DNA of 46,592 bases from contig MEDY01000119.1 in the NCBI GenBank assembly GCA_001724265.1, positions 62,001 to 108,592 on the forward strand, in the 5' to 3' direction. The translations under genes and the position numbers were made by a program. This stretch comes from Rhizaria sp. SCN 62-66. Taxonomy: Eukaryota. The notes below the pieces were generated by a model. It saw only the letters and a list, made by a program, of their open reading frames with translations. It made no database searches and had not been told where the DNA came from. This document shows, piece after piece, positions 12,001 to 22,821 of this stretch. Position 1 is the first letter of the stretch; every line of letters begins with the position of its first letter.

Positions 12001-13905
12001 GAGGGCACCAACCCCGTGCGACTGCAGTACTGGAACAACAACCGCGACGCCTCGCCGAGCGTGGTGGGCCAGAACACGGCGACATTTTCGACACTGACGC
12101 AACTTCGCGACGCCGGGCAGCCGCTGTACTTGTACCGGCCCGACTCGGACGCCAAGCGCGTGCCGAAGAACAGCGTGGGCAAGCTGATGGTGAAGAACCT
12201 GACCAAGTACTACAACACCACTAAAGCAGTCACAAGCTCGGACAAGCCGCGCGGCCGGTTGTTCCTGCAGGAGAATACCGACTGCCTGGTGCGGTTGCAG
12301 TTCGAAGCCAAGTCGCTTGACAAGGTCTCGCTCGTCGGCAAGGACGACACGTTTCTTCGTTTCTACCGTGCCAGTGACGCCTCTTTTATTAAGGGCAAGC
12401 GCACTGGCGGCGACGATGACTGGGAGCGCGTGCATGACACCGAGATCAAGGAGCACACGTCGTCGCCTCACTTCGACATGTTCGTGCTGCCCTCTGCGCT
12501 GCTGTGCAAGTGCGAGTATGACCGCCCGATCCTCATCCGCGCCTACGCCGCCGCGGCGCTGGGCTCGCCGACCGCGATCGGTCAGTTCCAGACCACGGTT
12601 CGCCAGCTGCTGTTTAACCCCGTGCGCAAGTACCCGATGATCAACGCGGAGAAGCAGAAGGCTTCGGCCAAGTACAAGCACTCCGGTACACTGACTTGCA
12701 ACGTTGTCCACGTCTTTTCGTCCGTGGAGACGGTCACGGCCGCTGCCCGCTACTCGCTTGCCCAGCAGTCGTCGAAGCGCAAGCTGCAGTCGCTCGAGGC
12801 CGCGTTGAAGCCCTTCCTTGCCTTCCTGAACCGCGGTGTCATTAACGCTCAACTCACTGCCGCGGACGCCGCCACGCTCCAGCAGCAGGTCGTGGCGCGG
12901 CTCGACAAGGCGCGGCAGGCCGTGAAGAAGAACGTGCGCGACCTCAAGAAGGCCGCGGACCAGGACCTGCGCGCCACTGCGTCCAAGGATCTGCTGGATG
13001 AGATCGACATCAAGACGGCGCGCGGGCAGGACAACATGCTCGCATCTGTCGCGATGCGTTCTTCCACCAGCTCCAAGCACGCTGGCGGCGGGCTCGCGTC
13101 CATGAAGGGCTCGGGCCTCGGCTCGGTCAAGGGCGGGATCGTCGCAAACGTGGACGCCGCGCTGGACCCCGACGCGTACTACAGTTGGCAGTTCCGCGCT
13201 ACGGGGCTGCCCAAGATGGACACCTTCGGCGTGACCGACCCCTTCCTGGAGGTTTCGTGCTTCCAGAACGGCAACTGGGTGCCTTTCCTGGCCTCGGACG
13301 TCGCCGAGAACGCACGCGCGCCGCGCTGGGAGCCGCTCGTGGGCAAGATCAAGTCGCTACTGAGTAACTGCGACCAGCAGCACCCGCTGCAGCTGCGCGT
13401 GTGGAACTGGAATAAGGCCGGCTCGCCCACACTCATTGGCCAGGCTGTCGTGCCCCTCGCCTCGCTGGTCACGGGCATCGCCATAACGGGCACCGTCCCC
13501 GCTGTGGCGGCGCCTTCGTCGAGCTCGACGCCGCCGACCATTGCGCCCGGGCAGCTGCTGCTGGAGCTCAAGAACCCGAACAAGAAGGACAAGGCTTCGG
13601 GCTTCCTCGTGCTCGAGGGCGCGGAGGCGCTGACGGACAAGCGTCAGCGCCGCACGCTATACATGATCGCCCAGTCGCGCGTTGAGGAGAACACGATGAG
13701 CGAGAAGGAGGCTGCGCAGCTGCTGAAGCAGATGGAGGCACGTCCCGGCACAAACCATGCCAGCTTTGGCGATAGCGCGGCCGGCACGGGAAGTGTCTGG
13801 GAGGGCATGAGCGACCGTGAACTATTGATGAGCCAGGCCGCGCGGCCCAAGACGGTATTCTCGCCCACGAACAGGAAGTCTAACCGTGGCAGCATCGGCA
13901 AGTAA
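1..13905 (+). CDS. Giant (at least 4634 aa, 5'-truncated) Ala-rich protein with a long Glu/Ala/Arg/Lys coiled coil and three C-terminal copine-type C2 domains; reads through one in-frame TAG (10495-10497)
   Basis: Frame is open from base 1 (CAG GCT GAG CGC...). ORFs 49..10497 and 10543..13905 share a frame and are separated only by TAG in the middle of the EAARLAAE repeat. Ends at TAA 13903-13905 followed by AT-rich DNA. C2-like segments lie at about 11815-12200, 12280-12720 (LQFEAKSLDK..KDDTFLRFYR..WERVHDTE..LCKCEYDRPILI..IGQFQTTV) and 13177-13620 (WQFRATGLPKMDTFGVTDPFLEV). Confidence 0.85.
9250..11700 (+). repeat. Low-complexity coding repeat (EAARLAAE / KAEEEAR type) forming a predicted coiled coil or single alpha helix
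   Basis: About 800 codons dominated by A/E/R/K with recurring units such as AEEEARLK, EAKRKAEEE and LAALLAAEDERER. Boundaries are approximate. Confidence 0.85.
10495..10497 (+). other. In-frame TAG inside coiled-coil repeat (probable sense codon)
   Basis: GCA GCC TAG CAG GAG GCC GCG CGC = RLAA*QEAARLAAEAAE. The sister repeat at about 9500 reads RLAAEQEAARLAAEAAE. Confidence 0.85.
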
Positions 13906-14506
13906 AGTCTTTGCACAATATTGAACTTTTTTCCTAACATTAATTTTTGAAGATTATCATCATAATTTTAGTTTCTTTCATTAGTTACATCAAAAACAGA
14001 CCGACTTGTTTTTGTCTATTGATTCAGTGAACTTCAAATGCTCTCGACTGCAGTGACGGCAGCCTTGCATTTTCTCACCCCACACGATACTTTAGTTTCA
14101 CATTCGTAGATTCAGTCTCGCTGTCGCGATGCCAGCTGCAGCGAGAAACAACATAATTGGTCTGTCTATATTTTCTATAATCAAGAACTTGATTAATACA
14201 CATTTCACATCCAATATCTGTGTCTCCTCGAGGTGACTGAGTGTATTTATAACTCATAGGAAGAGCGATGAAGTGCTTTCATGCATGTATGATTATTTGA
14301 GTGATACATGCATATATTTAACATTAATTGTACGTAAATGTGATACCATGCTTCCGTGATTACACTGACATGTTTATATTGTCCAGAGCAAGAGGTACGT
14401 TACCTCGCGAGAGAGTCGCATCACCGATGGAGAGAAACAAACATAAAGTATGAATTAAAAAAGAGCTATACATAACGCAATTGTAGTTTCTCCCACACTA
14501 ATCCGA

Positions 14507-17343
14507 TCACGCCATCCTCATCTTCTTGACACCAACCATAAGTGAACCTTTACTGTCGTCGTTCACCGGCGTTGCACTTGCACTCCTGCTCTGAGCATCA
14601 TTACCAGCAGTTGCAATGGCAACCAAGCTTGCATTGCCGTACGACGTGTTCCCACCCGTGCTAGGAACAGGCGTGCTGATCGAGGCACCGGCACTGCCGG
14701 TGGCGACTGCAACTGCGACGGCAGCGGCCTCGAGCTCTGCGCCCAGCGCCAGGTCGCCCGCAAGCCGGGCGACGTCGGCCGGCCGCCGGCCTTGCGCGTC
14801 GCGCGCGCGCGGGTCCGCGCCGCGCAGCAGCAGCGCGCGGCACAGCACGCCGTTGCGCCGCATAGCCGCAATGTGCAGTAGCGTGCGCGCGCCAGCGGGC
14901 GCTGGCGCCGGTGCCAGTGCAAGGGGCACGGCCACCGTCAACAAGGCAGACGCAGATGTAGGAGCGGCGCCAAGAGCACTGGCGTTCGCGGCAGCTCCGA
15001 TGTTTGCAGCAACATGGGTGGGTGCAGCAGAGACTGCGCCGTTAGCATCTGTCATCGCCATTACTCCGCCGTTCGCCTTGTTCGGGGTTAGATTGTTGCT
15101 TGTCGCAGCCTTGTCAGTAAGCTTACCACCCAAACCAGAATTAGCGTTGGTGTTCTGCAAAGTGCCCGCGCAGTCGATCAGAGCGCCCGCGTCGAGCAGC
15201 GCAATGGCAATTTCGGTGTATGACTTAAGAGCAGCAATCATAAGTGGCGTCAGGCCGTCGTGCGCGCGCGGGGACGGACGCGCACCGGACAGCGTCACCG
15301 TTGACGCACTGTTGCTGGCGTTCGTCGTGATGCGTGGACGCAGCAAGGTTGCGACGACGGAGAAGTGGCCGTTTTGGACTGCCTTGTACAGCGGGGTCAC
15401 CCCTTCAACAAGAAAGTGATACAATTCGAAAAAGATCACATATTGAGTGAAATGACGATTGAAATCAGCCTGCAAAAATCCATTGAGCTTTCAGATTTGT
15501 CGCCTGGAAACGTACCGTCCGCCCGTGCCCTGTCGGGATCGGCCCCGCCCCTAAGCAGCGCCGCAACTGAGTCCGCGTGGCCATTCTGAGCCGCCGCCAG
15601 CAGCGCCGTGGAGCCGTCCCCGGCCGCCGCGGCGTCCACGGGCGCGCCGGCCGCCAGCAGCGCCACGATGGCGCCTGCGCGGCCCGCCTGCGCGGCGAGG
15701 TGGCAGGCGGTCAGCTGGGTTCCCCCGGCACGAGTGCACGGGTCAGCGCTGAGATGAAACAAAGATATACAACAATTATTACAGGATGTCGTCCAAGCAT
15801 GAGTACAGGTGCACATTTGAGACTGCGAGCGATGATACAGTGGACGCAAAAAAACAACACCAAACAAAATCCGTTTGAGGTTAAGTTCAACATTTGTTTT
15901 CATATCAACGTACCGCATTTTGATGAGTTGAATCACACAATCGGTGTAGCCGCCCGCGGCCGCAGTATGCAGCAGCGGCCAGCGGCCCTCGTCTGTCCCC
16001 ACCGAGTTCAGCACGCAGCTCACAGGCATAGACTCGGCTTCGCTCACAGCAGCGGCAGCAGCAGCAGCCTCAGCGGCGGCAGCGGCGGCGCGGGCGGGCG
16101 CAGCGGCGGCGCTTGCAGCAGCAACAGCGGCAGCAGCGGACAACACGACGTCAATATCGCCGTCGCCGTCGACGTCGGCTCTGGTCCCTGCACCTGACAC
16201 ACTCAGCCCGCAGTTGCCCTTGGCCACCCTGGCTTGGGCTGTAGCAGCAGCGCGCGCCGCAGGCGTCGCAGCCGCGCCGCCAGAGAGCGCCGGCGGATTG
16301 ATGTGCGCGACGTCGAAGCCTTGCGCGAGCGTGGCGCGCCAGGCGGCCTCGCGCTGGCGCTCCGCAGCGGCCACGGCCGTCGGCGACGGCGGCAGCGGCA
16401 GCGGCACCACTACGCCCGACGCCGCCGAGGAGAGCGACACGGTCGAGTCCACGGAGCTGTCACGGGACACGGGGGCAGCGGGCGCAAACGCGGCCTGGGA
16501 CGCCCCTGACTGCTGTTGCTCGGTTGGCGCCATGGCGACTGCGGTTGATGTTGCTGCTGCCGCTGCTGCTGACGTTGAGAGAAGGAGTGGGGGGCGGCGT
16601 TGAGGGCGGCCACGAGCAAGGTTCGGCGCAAATTGAGTCAGAGCAGAGGTGGTAGAACCGACAGCACCACCACTAAGCGCTCTTGTCGTCGTGCCGTTGA
16701 AGCTAGAGCTTGAATCAGAGGCGAAGCTCGAGTTTGCAGAGCTTGAGTTGCTGGTGTTCATATTAATACTACCAAAGGCGCTCGCAGGAACGCGCGGACC
16801 AAACATAGGCGTAAACACAGCGTTTGTCCTGCCGTCCGCGCGCTGTGCAGCAGCAGCCGCAGCGTTGGCCGCGGCGGCAGCGGCGGCGGCAGCAGCGGCA
16901 GATGTCGCGACTCGCGGCGCGGGGGGCTGCACCGGGCAGACAAGCGCAGCGGCCAGTTCGGCGTCGTCGCAGCGGGACAGCCCGCACGCGGCGTGATAGG
17001 ACACAAGCAGATGCAACACGGCGCTGTGCCCGCGTTGTGCTGCTGAGTGCACAGCCGCGGCGAAGCTATCCGCGAATACGCCTGGGGGTAGTAGCGGCAG
17101 TAGGTGCGAGAGTTCGGCAACGCCACCGGCCCGGGCGACATCGAGGAAGCGGCGTGTAGCCTGGGGCGCATTCGAGCGTGTACCAGAAGTGTGTCTAACA
17201 GGTATAGAGAGCGGGGATGTGGATCGCGTGCCTGACTGTTGCAGTGCAAGCGGGGAGATGGAAGTGGCAGGAGCAGCATTGAGGTCCTAGCCTGCGTGCA
17301 GGTTCAGCGGGGATACCCCGATGTTTCCGGCAAACTTCGGCAT
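14507..17343 (-). CDS. Ankyrin-repeat protein, about 852 aa; exons 17343-15914, 15748-15516, 15402-14507; in-frame TAG at codon 19
   Basis: Ankyrin motifs: FLDVARAGGVAELSHLL, AVHSAAQRGHSAVLHLL, PLLHTAAAGGYTDCVIQL, TACHLAAQAGRAGAIVALL, TALLAAAQNGHADSVAALL, TPLYKAVQNGH, TPLMIAALKS, TLLHIAAMRRNG. Two phase-compatible introns restore RARADGVTPLYKA. ATG 17343 directly follows AT-rich DNA; ends TGA 14509-14507. Confidence 0.85.
15403..15515 (-). other. Spliceosomal intron (113 nt, phase 1) of the ankyrin gene
   Basis: GTACGT donor and ...TTGTTGAAG acceptor, AT-rich. Removal joins ORF 15436..17052 to ORF 14507..15475 within an ankyrin repeat. Confidence 0.85.
15749..15913 (-). other. Spliceosomal intron (165 nt, phase 2) of the ankyrin gene
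   Basis: GTACGT donor and ...TTTCATCTCAG acceptor, AT-rich. Removal gives IQLIKMRADPCTR, a normal ankyrin turn. Confidence 0.85.
17287..17289 (-). other. In-frame TAG near the N-terminus of the ankyrin gene
   Basis: Reads MPKFAGNIGVSPLNLHAG*DLNAAPATS... in frame with the ankyrin repeats. There is no other in-frame ATG before the first repeat. Confidence 0.7.
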
Positions 17344-17536
17344 CAAAAATAAATTGTTATCTTACGAAATCTTTACGAAATACTATCGAAGCTATTATAT
17401 GCACGAAGCACGAAGCTTTCAACACACAATTTCAGAGCCGAGAAAAGTCATCAGACCAAAGCAAGACGAAGAATAGCAATTGTATTAGAGGCTGGTGGTT
17501 GTCAGCGTAAGAGAGGTGTTTTCCGCGCAGTCACAC

Positions 17537-20500
17537 TCAGAGCGCAGCCTTCATTCTGAAGGCCTTCCTGCCCGCGGCGTACTCGCCGAGGCGCTCCCCC
17601 GCGGCGGCCGCGGCGGCGACGACCCGCGCGAAGCCCCAGTGCGGGATTGCCCGCGCCGCCGCTTTGAGCGCCAGCATGTCGTCGGCGTCGCGCGCACGCC
17701 CACAGAGCTGCAGCAGCTGCAGCGCAAACTCGGACAGCACTTCGCGCTGCTCTGCCGAGCCGCCCACTGCGGCGATGGCGTCGGTGGCGTGGCCGCGCAG
17801 CATCACGCCGCATTCGCTGCCGCTGCTGCTGATGCTGCTGCCGTTGTGGCCATTGCTGCCGCTGTTGCTGTGGACGCCGAGCGAGAGCGCGGAGCTGCCC
17901 GCCAGCGCAGGCAGCGACAGCACGTGCGCCGGAGCAGCGGCAGCGGCGGCAGCGTGCGCGTGGGCGTGGGCGTGGGCCGAGATGTCGACTGTGAGCGGCA
18001 TCGGCGGCACGGCCACGAGACTGAGGCCCGCGCCGTCCGCGGGCCCCGCAGCGACGGCGGCGCGCGCGACTGCCAGCGCGATGACCTCACTGTCGTCACA
18101 GCCGCCACCGCCGCCGCTGATGCCGCCGCTGTCGCCGTCGATGTCACTGTCTTCGTTGTCGTCGTCGCAGTAGCTCTCGATGAGTGCGGCCACACTGCTG
18201 CTGCCGTTGCCCCCGTCGGTCGAGCGCAGAGAGGAAGAGGAGACAGAGCCTCCGGGGGGCGCGTTCACAAGCAGCGCCAGCGACGCCGGGAGCAGCAGCG
18301 CGGGCGCCATCAAGCCGACGCTGCTGACCGCGCTGCTGATGCTCGGCGCGTGAGAGGCGCGGCCTTGCTTAGCGCTGCCGCTGTGAGAGCTCGCCGTCGC
18401 ATGGCCCGGGACCGTTGTGCTGGCAGTGAAGGTCGCTGCCGCGGCGGCGAGCGCGGCGGCTTCATCCGCAAGCACGGCGTCGCCAAACAGGGCCAGCGCC
18501 TGCGGGTCGGCCTGCTCACGGTCACCATCGAGCCCATGGTCACTGTCGTGCTCACGGTCACTTGCGTCGCTCTCGTCGTCGCTCGCGCTAGCACTGGCGC
18601 TCGCACTCGCCGTAGCGCCCGCACTCGACGTCGCGCCCGCACCCGCGCCCGCGCTCGCTGTCGCGCTCGAACCGCGGGCACGGCTCGGCGGCTTAGGACT
18701 GCCCGCCCCAGCGCTCGCGGCGCCGGCGTTGGCGGCAGCGTTGGCGGCAGGGTTGGCGCCGGGGCTGAGGCGGCGCCTGCGGGCCCCCAGCAGCGGCGAG
18801 GCGCCGGAGCCTGCCTTGGCGCTGCCGGCACCAGCGCTCGCAGCTGCAGCAGCCGCCGCCGTTGCGCCGCTACCGCTGTTGTTCGTGCTGCCCGCTGCGA
18901 CAGCGCTCGGCGGACTGGCCGGGCTGGCCGCCGGGGCGACGACTGGCGAGACGCCCGCGCTGCTCCCCGCGTTGCTGGCCGCGGCGCTCGCGTTTGCGCT
19001 GGCGGCGTTTGAGTTGCTCTGGCTGCTGCCGTTGCCGCCATTGCCGCCCCCGCTGTGCGCGCCGCGGATGGCCGCGGGCCCTAGCAGCGGCGCCAGAGTG
19101 TCGGCCGCGGCCGCCACGCCGCCGCGCGCCCAGAGCCTGACGGCGGCGAGCACAGGCAGCAACGCGCGGTCGAGGCTGCCGCGACGCGGCTCGGGGGACC
19201 GGTGCACAGCGACCGCGGCCGAGGAGGCGAAGGCGTCGAGCACGTCCTCGACGGCGGCGCGCGCGGCGGCCGAGAGGACCAGCGGGGACAGGTCGTGTGA
19301 GGCCAGCGCGGACTAGGCGGCGGAGATGCTGCTGGCGCTAGCGCTAGGGCTGCTGTTGCTGGGGTTAATACCGAGAGCAATAAACAGTGCGGAGACAGAA
19401 GCAGCAGGGTTGATCTCACTGTCAATCTGCGCATCGGCACCACCACTTTCAGCATTCACAGTCACATTCGTGTCGTTGTTAGTGCAGTCGCCGCTGCCGC
19501 TGTTGCAGTGGAGGTACGGGCTGTGCGCGATGACCGCGGCGGCGACGGCCTCGTCCTTGGCGGCCCGTTCCACGCGCGCCAGCACGTACGCGGCCATGAT
19601 GTCGTAGAACGGGTCCGCGTGCGACGGAGACCGGTGCTTCAAGTACTTAAACACGCTGCGGAAGCGCGCGTTGAGCAGCGGAACCGTGTCGCAGTACGGC
19701 ACAACGGCCGACAGCGCACGCAGATATGCCGCGTCGCTAATATACACCGAACTCGCACCTGCACTCACATTCAAGCCAGAGTCTGCGTCGGTAGAGCCCG
19801 TGCTGCTGCTGCTGCTGCCGCTGCTGCTGGTGTTGTTGTTGCTTGCGCAGGGGAAAGGCGTGGGGAACGCGGCGCGCAGAGCGAGCAGCGCGCGCGGAGG
19901 CAGCACTTGGTCCATCCACGCCAGAGAAGGCGGGAAACCAACTGCGCACGCGAGCGAACGCGACTGCGACAGCGATTGGGCCTGAGTGCGAGACTGCGAC
20001 TGCGCACCAGCTGCCGCGGCACTGGCCGCCGCCGCTGCCGCGGCTGCCGCAGCGCTGGCCGCGACGGTCGCGGCGCGCGTGTTGAGGCGCATCTCGAGCT
20101 TCCAGAGCAGCCCTGCGGCGCCGAGCTGGTCCTGGCTCGAGTTGGGGTCCTGCAAGGGGAATGGCGGCGGCAGCGACGGCAGCGCCGCGCCCGCGGGCAG
20201 CGCGTCCTGCAGCAGCGCGTGCGGCAGTGGCAGCGGGGCAGGCGCGGCGCCGGCGCTACCGGCATCGCTGCCGCTAGTGCCACTGCCGCTGCTGCTGCTG
20301 CCGCTCGGTGTGACTGAGGGGTCGTTGGCGGCGCTGGCACGATCGAACCAGAGCAGCTCGCGCATGGGGCACTCGAACGCACTGTTGGAGCTGGCACTCG
20401 ATGACTGCTGTTGTTGACTGTCGTTGCTGGCGTTGCCGTTGCCGTTGCTGCGGGCAGCGCGCTTGCGGCGGTCCTTGAGGGCCGAGAGCACCCAGAGCAG

Positions 20501-22226
20501 CGACTCGCAGTCCCAGGGGCCCAGGCGCCGCGCCGCCGAGCCGCTTGCAGCCGCAGCCGCGCTCGCAGTGCTCTTGGCGTCGCCAGCAGCGCCGGCGCCG
20601 GCGCTGCTGTGGGGGCCCGCAGCGGGCGCCTCGTGAGGCAGCGGGCTGTGCGGGGAGCGGTCAAGCTCCACTAGACCGGAGCCCTGAGACTGTGGCTGCG
20701 ACAGAGAGAGAGCCTGCGAGTTCAATGCCGCGGAGTCATGCGAGACAGGGGACGTCGTGCTGACGTCCTTGTTGTTGTCGTTGTCAGTCAGCTTCGTAGC
20801 GCCCGACTCGGACATACTCTCCGCGGCTTCTGTCAACGCCTCCGCGTCCGCGGCGGCCTCCTGCCAGGGCCAGACCGCCCGGTCCCAGACGGCAACGACG
20901 TCGCTGAACGCGTCCAGGTCGAGCTGGAAGAGCGCGATGTGGAACCAGTTGTGCGTCAGCATGAATGACATCGAGCGCCCCCACAGCGGCGCGCGCCGCA
21001 GCATAAACCGCAGCCCCGGGCGCAGGCGCGCGAGGTAGTAGAGCGCGTGCGCGGCGCCGTGATGCGCCCAGGGGTCCGCGGGGCTCAGCCGCGCGCCCGC
21101 GAGCCCGGCGGCGAGCGCGGCCGAGAGTCGGCCCGCCTGCTCCAGCGCGAAAGCCAGCATCCCGTGGTAGTACGGCCGCGCGACGACGGGGGCCGCGGGG
21201 GCCGCGCTAGAGTGACCGTGGCTGAGGTTGTTGTGGTTGCGGTTGTTGTGGGGCGCGCAGGCGGCGCTGACTGCGGGGTCGGCGACGACCGAGAGCATCA
21301 GGCGCGGGCTGCCCAGCAGGAATGCGAGCAGCTGCGCGCGCTTAGCGGCGAAGAGGTCCGCTGGGTGCGCGGCGGCGATGCGCGCGAACAGGTGGTAGGC
21401 GCGCGCGGTGTGGCCCTCGAGCCAGCTGGACATGAGGAGTTGTGAGAAACAGATTTGTGAAGCAAGCGTGAGAGTTGAAAGAAAGTGCCAGACAAGAAAA
21501 TAAAAGCACAACAGGTAGAATTCACTCAAATATGTGAATATATTGCCAATTCTTCTCTCTTTGTTTTCCCGCGTACGTTTTGAAGGCCTGTACGTAGAGC
21601 CGCTCGCGGCTGCTGAGCCGGGCGCCGCCGACCGCCTTGAGGCGCGTCGCGGCCTTGACGAGCGAGACGGCGCCGGGCACGTCCTCGCAGGCGAGCGCGT
21701 AGTCGGCGGCAAGCACGGCAATGAGCGGGGACGTGGGGTCGAGCGCGCGCGCGAGGGCGATGACGCGCCACTCGCGTCCGTACGATAGCACCTGCTCCAC
21801 GTAGGCCGACACGAGGCGGCCCAGCGCGGCCACAGCGGGCGCCGGCAGGCGCGGCGACACGCAGAAGGGCAGGCCCTGCGCGTCCACCGCCAGCCCGGGG
21901 GCCAGCGCGCCCGCGGGCAGCGCGGCCACGCTCGCGGCGGGCGCCGCGCTAGAGCTCGGGCCCGTTGCGGACGTCGCAGCCGCAGCGCTGGCGGGGGCAG
22001 CGGCGGCGGAGGCGGAGGCGGAGACGGCTCTGGCAACGGCGGCGTGTGGGGCCGCGGCCGTGGCGGCGCGGCGAGAGGGCGACGGCGGGCTGCGGGGGCG
22101 CGGGGACGCGCTGCGGAGGCCAGAGAGCGACGTCTGGTGAGGCTGCGAGCGCGGCTGCTGTTGCGACTGCTGTTGCTGCTGCGAGGCAGCGGGCGCGGGG
22201 CCGGAGTCCGGGGCGCGCTACGACAT
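17537..22226 (-). CDS. TTC38: TTC38-like tetratricopeptide-repeat protein, about 1512 aa; exons 22226-21577 and 21425-17537; in-frame TAGs at 22220-22218 and 19315-19313
   Basis: Family motifs in order: RERLYVQAF.WLEG, HPADLFAAKRAQ, YYHGMLAFALEQAG, PADPWAHHGAAH, FMLTHNWFHIALF, GLLWKLEM, HADPFYD. After the TAG come LLPVLAAV..ADTLAPL and GGSAEQREVL. Ends TGA. The start at ATG 22226 is less certain. Confidence 0.82.
19313..19315 (-). other. In-frame TAG upstream of the conserved C-terminal TTC38 motifs
   Basis: ATC TCC GCC GCC TAG TCC GCG CTG = SISAA*SALASHDL. The same frame continues to TGA 17539. Confidence 0.85.
21426..21576 (-). other. Spliceosomal intron (151 nt, phase 2) of the TTC38-like gene
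   Basis: GTACGC donor and ...CATGTCCAG acceptor, AT-rich. Splicing gives YVQAFKTWLEGH. Confidence 0.88.
22218..22220 (-). other. In-frame TAG at codon 3 of the TTC38-like gene
   Basis: ATG TCG TAG CGC GCC CCG = MS*RAPDSGPAPAASQQQQQ. The frame runs without another ATG into the TPR domain. Confidence 0.6.
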
Positions 22227-22821
22227 GCCCACTGACAGTATGTGTAGACGGTGTGGCGGTACGGGCCTATGATGTGTTGCGGTTGTGGAGAGAGACAGGG
22301 GTTCAGGTGAGGGACGCAAGGACAGTGTCGCGTGACGTCAAGACAGATCGCAGAATTGAAAGTGGACTATTTAGCGCCAGAGTCCGTCACTAAGCGCATA
22401 GTTTTAAGGGCAAAAGACAACTTAAGAATTTCAAATAATAACGATATTATATGCCCTATGCTTGTTTTCCTGATGGTGTTGCGCTATTTTAGTGACTACC
22501 CCGGGACCGACTCTTGAACGCGCTAGCGCGCCCCCCTCACGCAAGTCCGATTCCCGCACTTGTCGGGATATATCTTGTTATAAGCAATGATACTAGGGTA
22601 CTCGATTCATAGTATTAATATTTTATTTCATAACACGTGTATCATTGACATATCTCACTCACAACAACTTCTATCCCGACTTTCTCTTCTTTGCCCTCTC
22701 GCACCACCAATCCGAAATTTCGCACACACGCGTGCGCGCCACAAACAGCTTCAAAGCAGCGTATCACTTGACCACATATCACAGTTTGGAGCGCCGTATT
22801 TTGCTTTGCAGCACCCCGCCG

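Noticed and set aside
21577-22036. N-terminal part of ORF 19313..22036 (MPEPSPPPP...)
   Set aside because: Wrong frame upstream of the intron. The TTC38 homology there is in the 21522..21929 frame.
22480-22570. Possible tRNA (GTCCGATTCCCG resembles a T-loop), sought as a CUA-anticodon tRNA
   Set aside because: No cloverleaf or acceptor stem could be built. I found no tRNA in the window.
22645-22821. TTG-initiated N-terminal extension of the LigA ORF
   Set aside because: AT-rich, UTR-like sequence. The first ATG at 22822 starts a presequence-like peptide.
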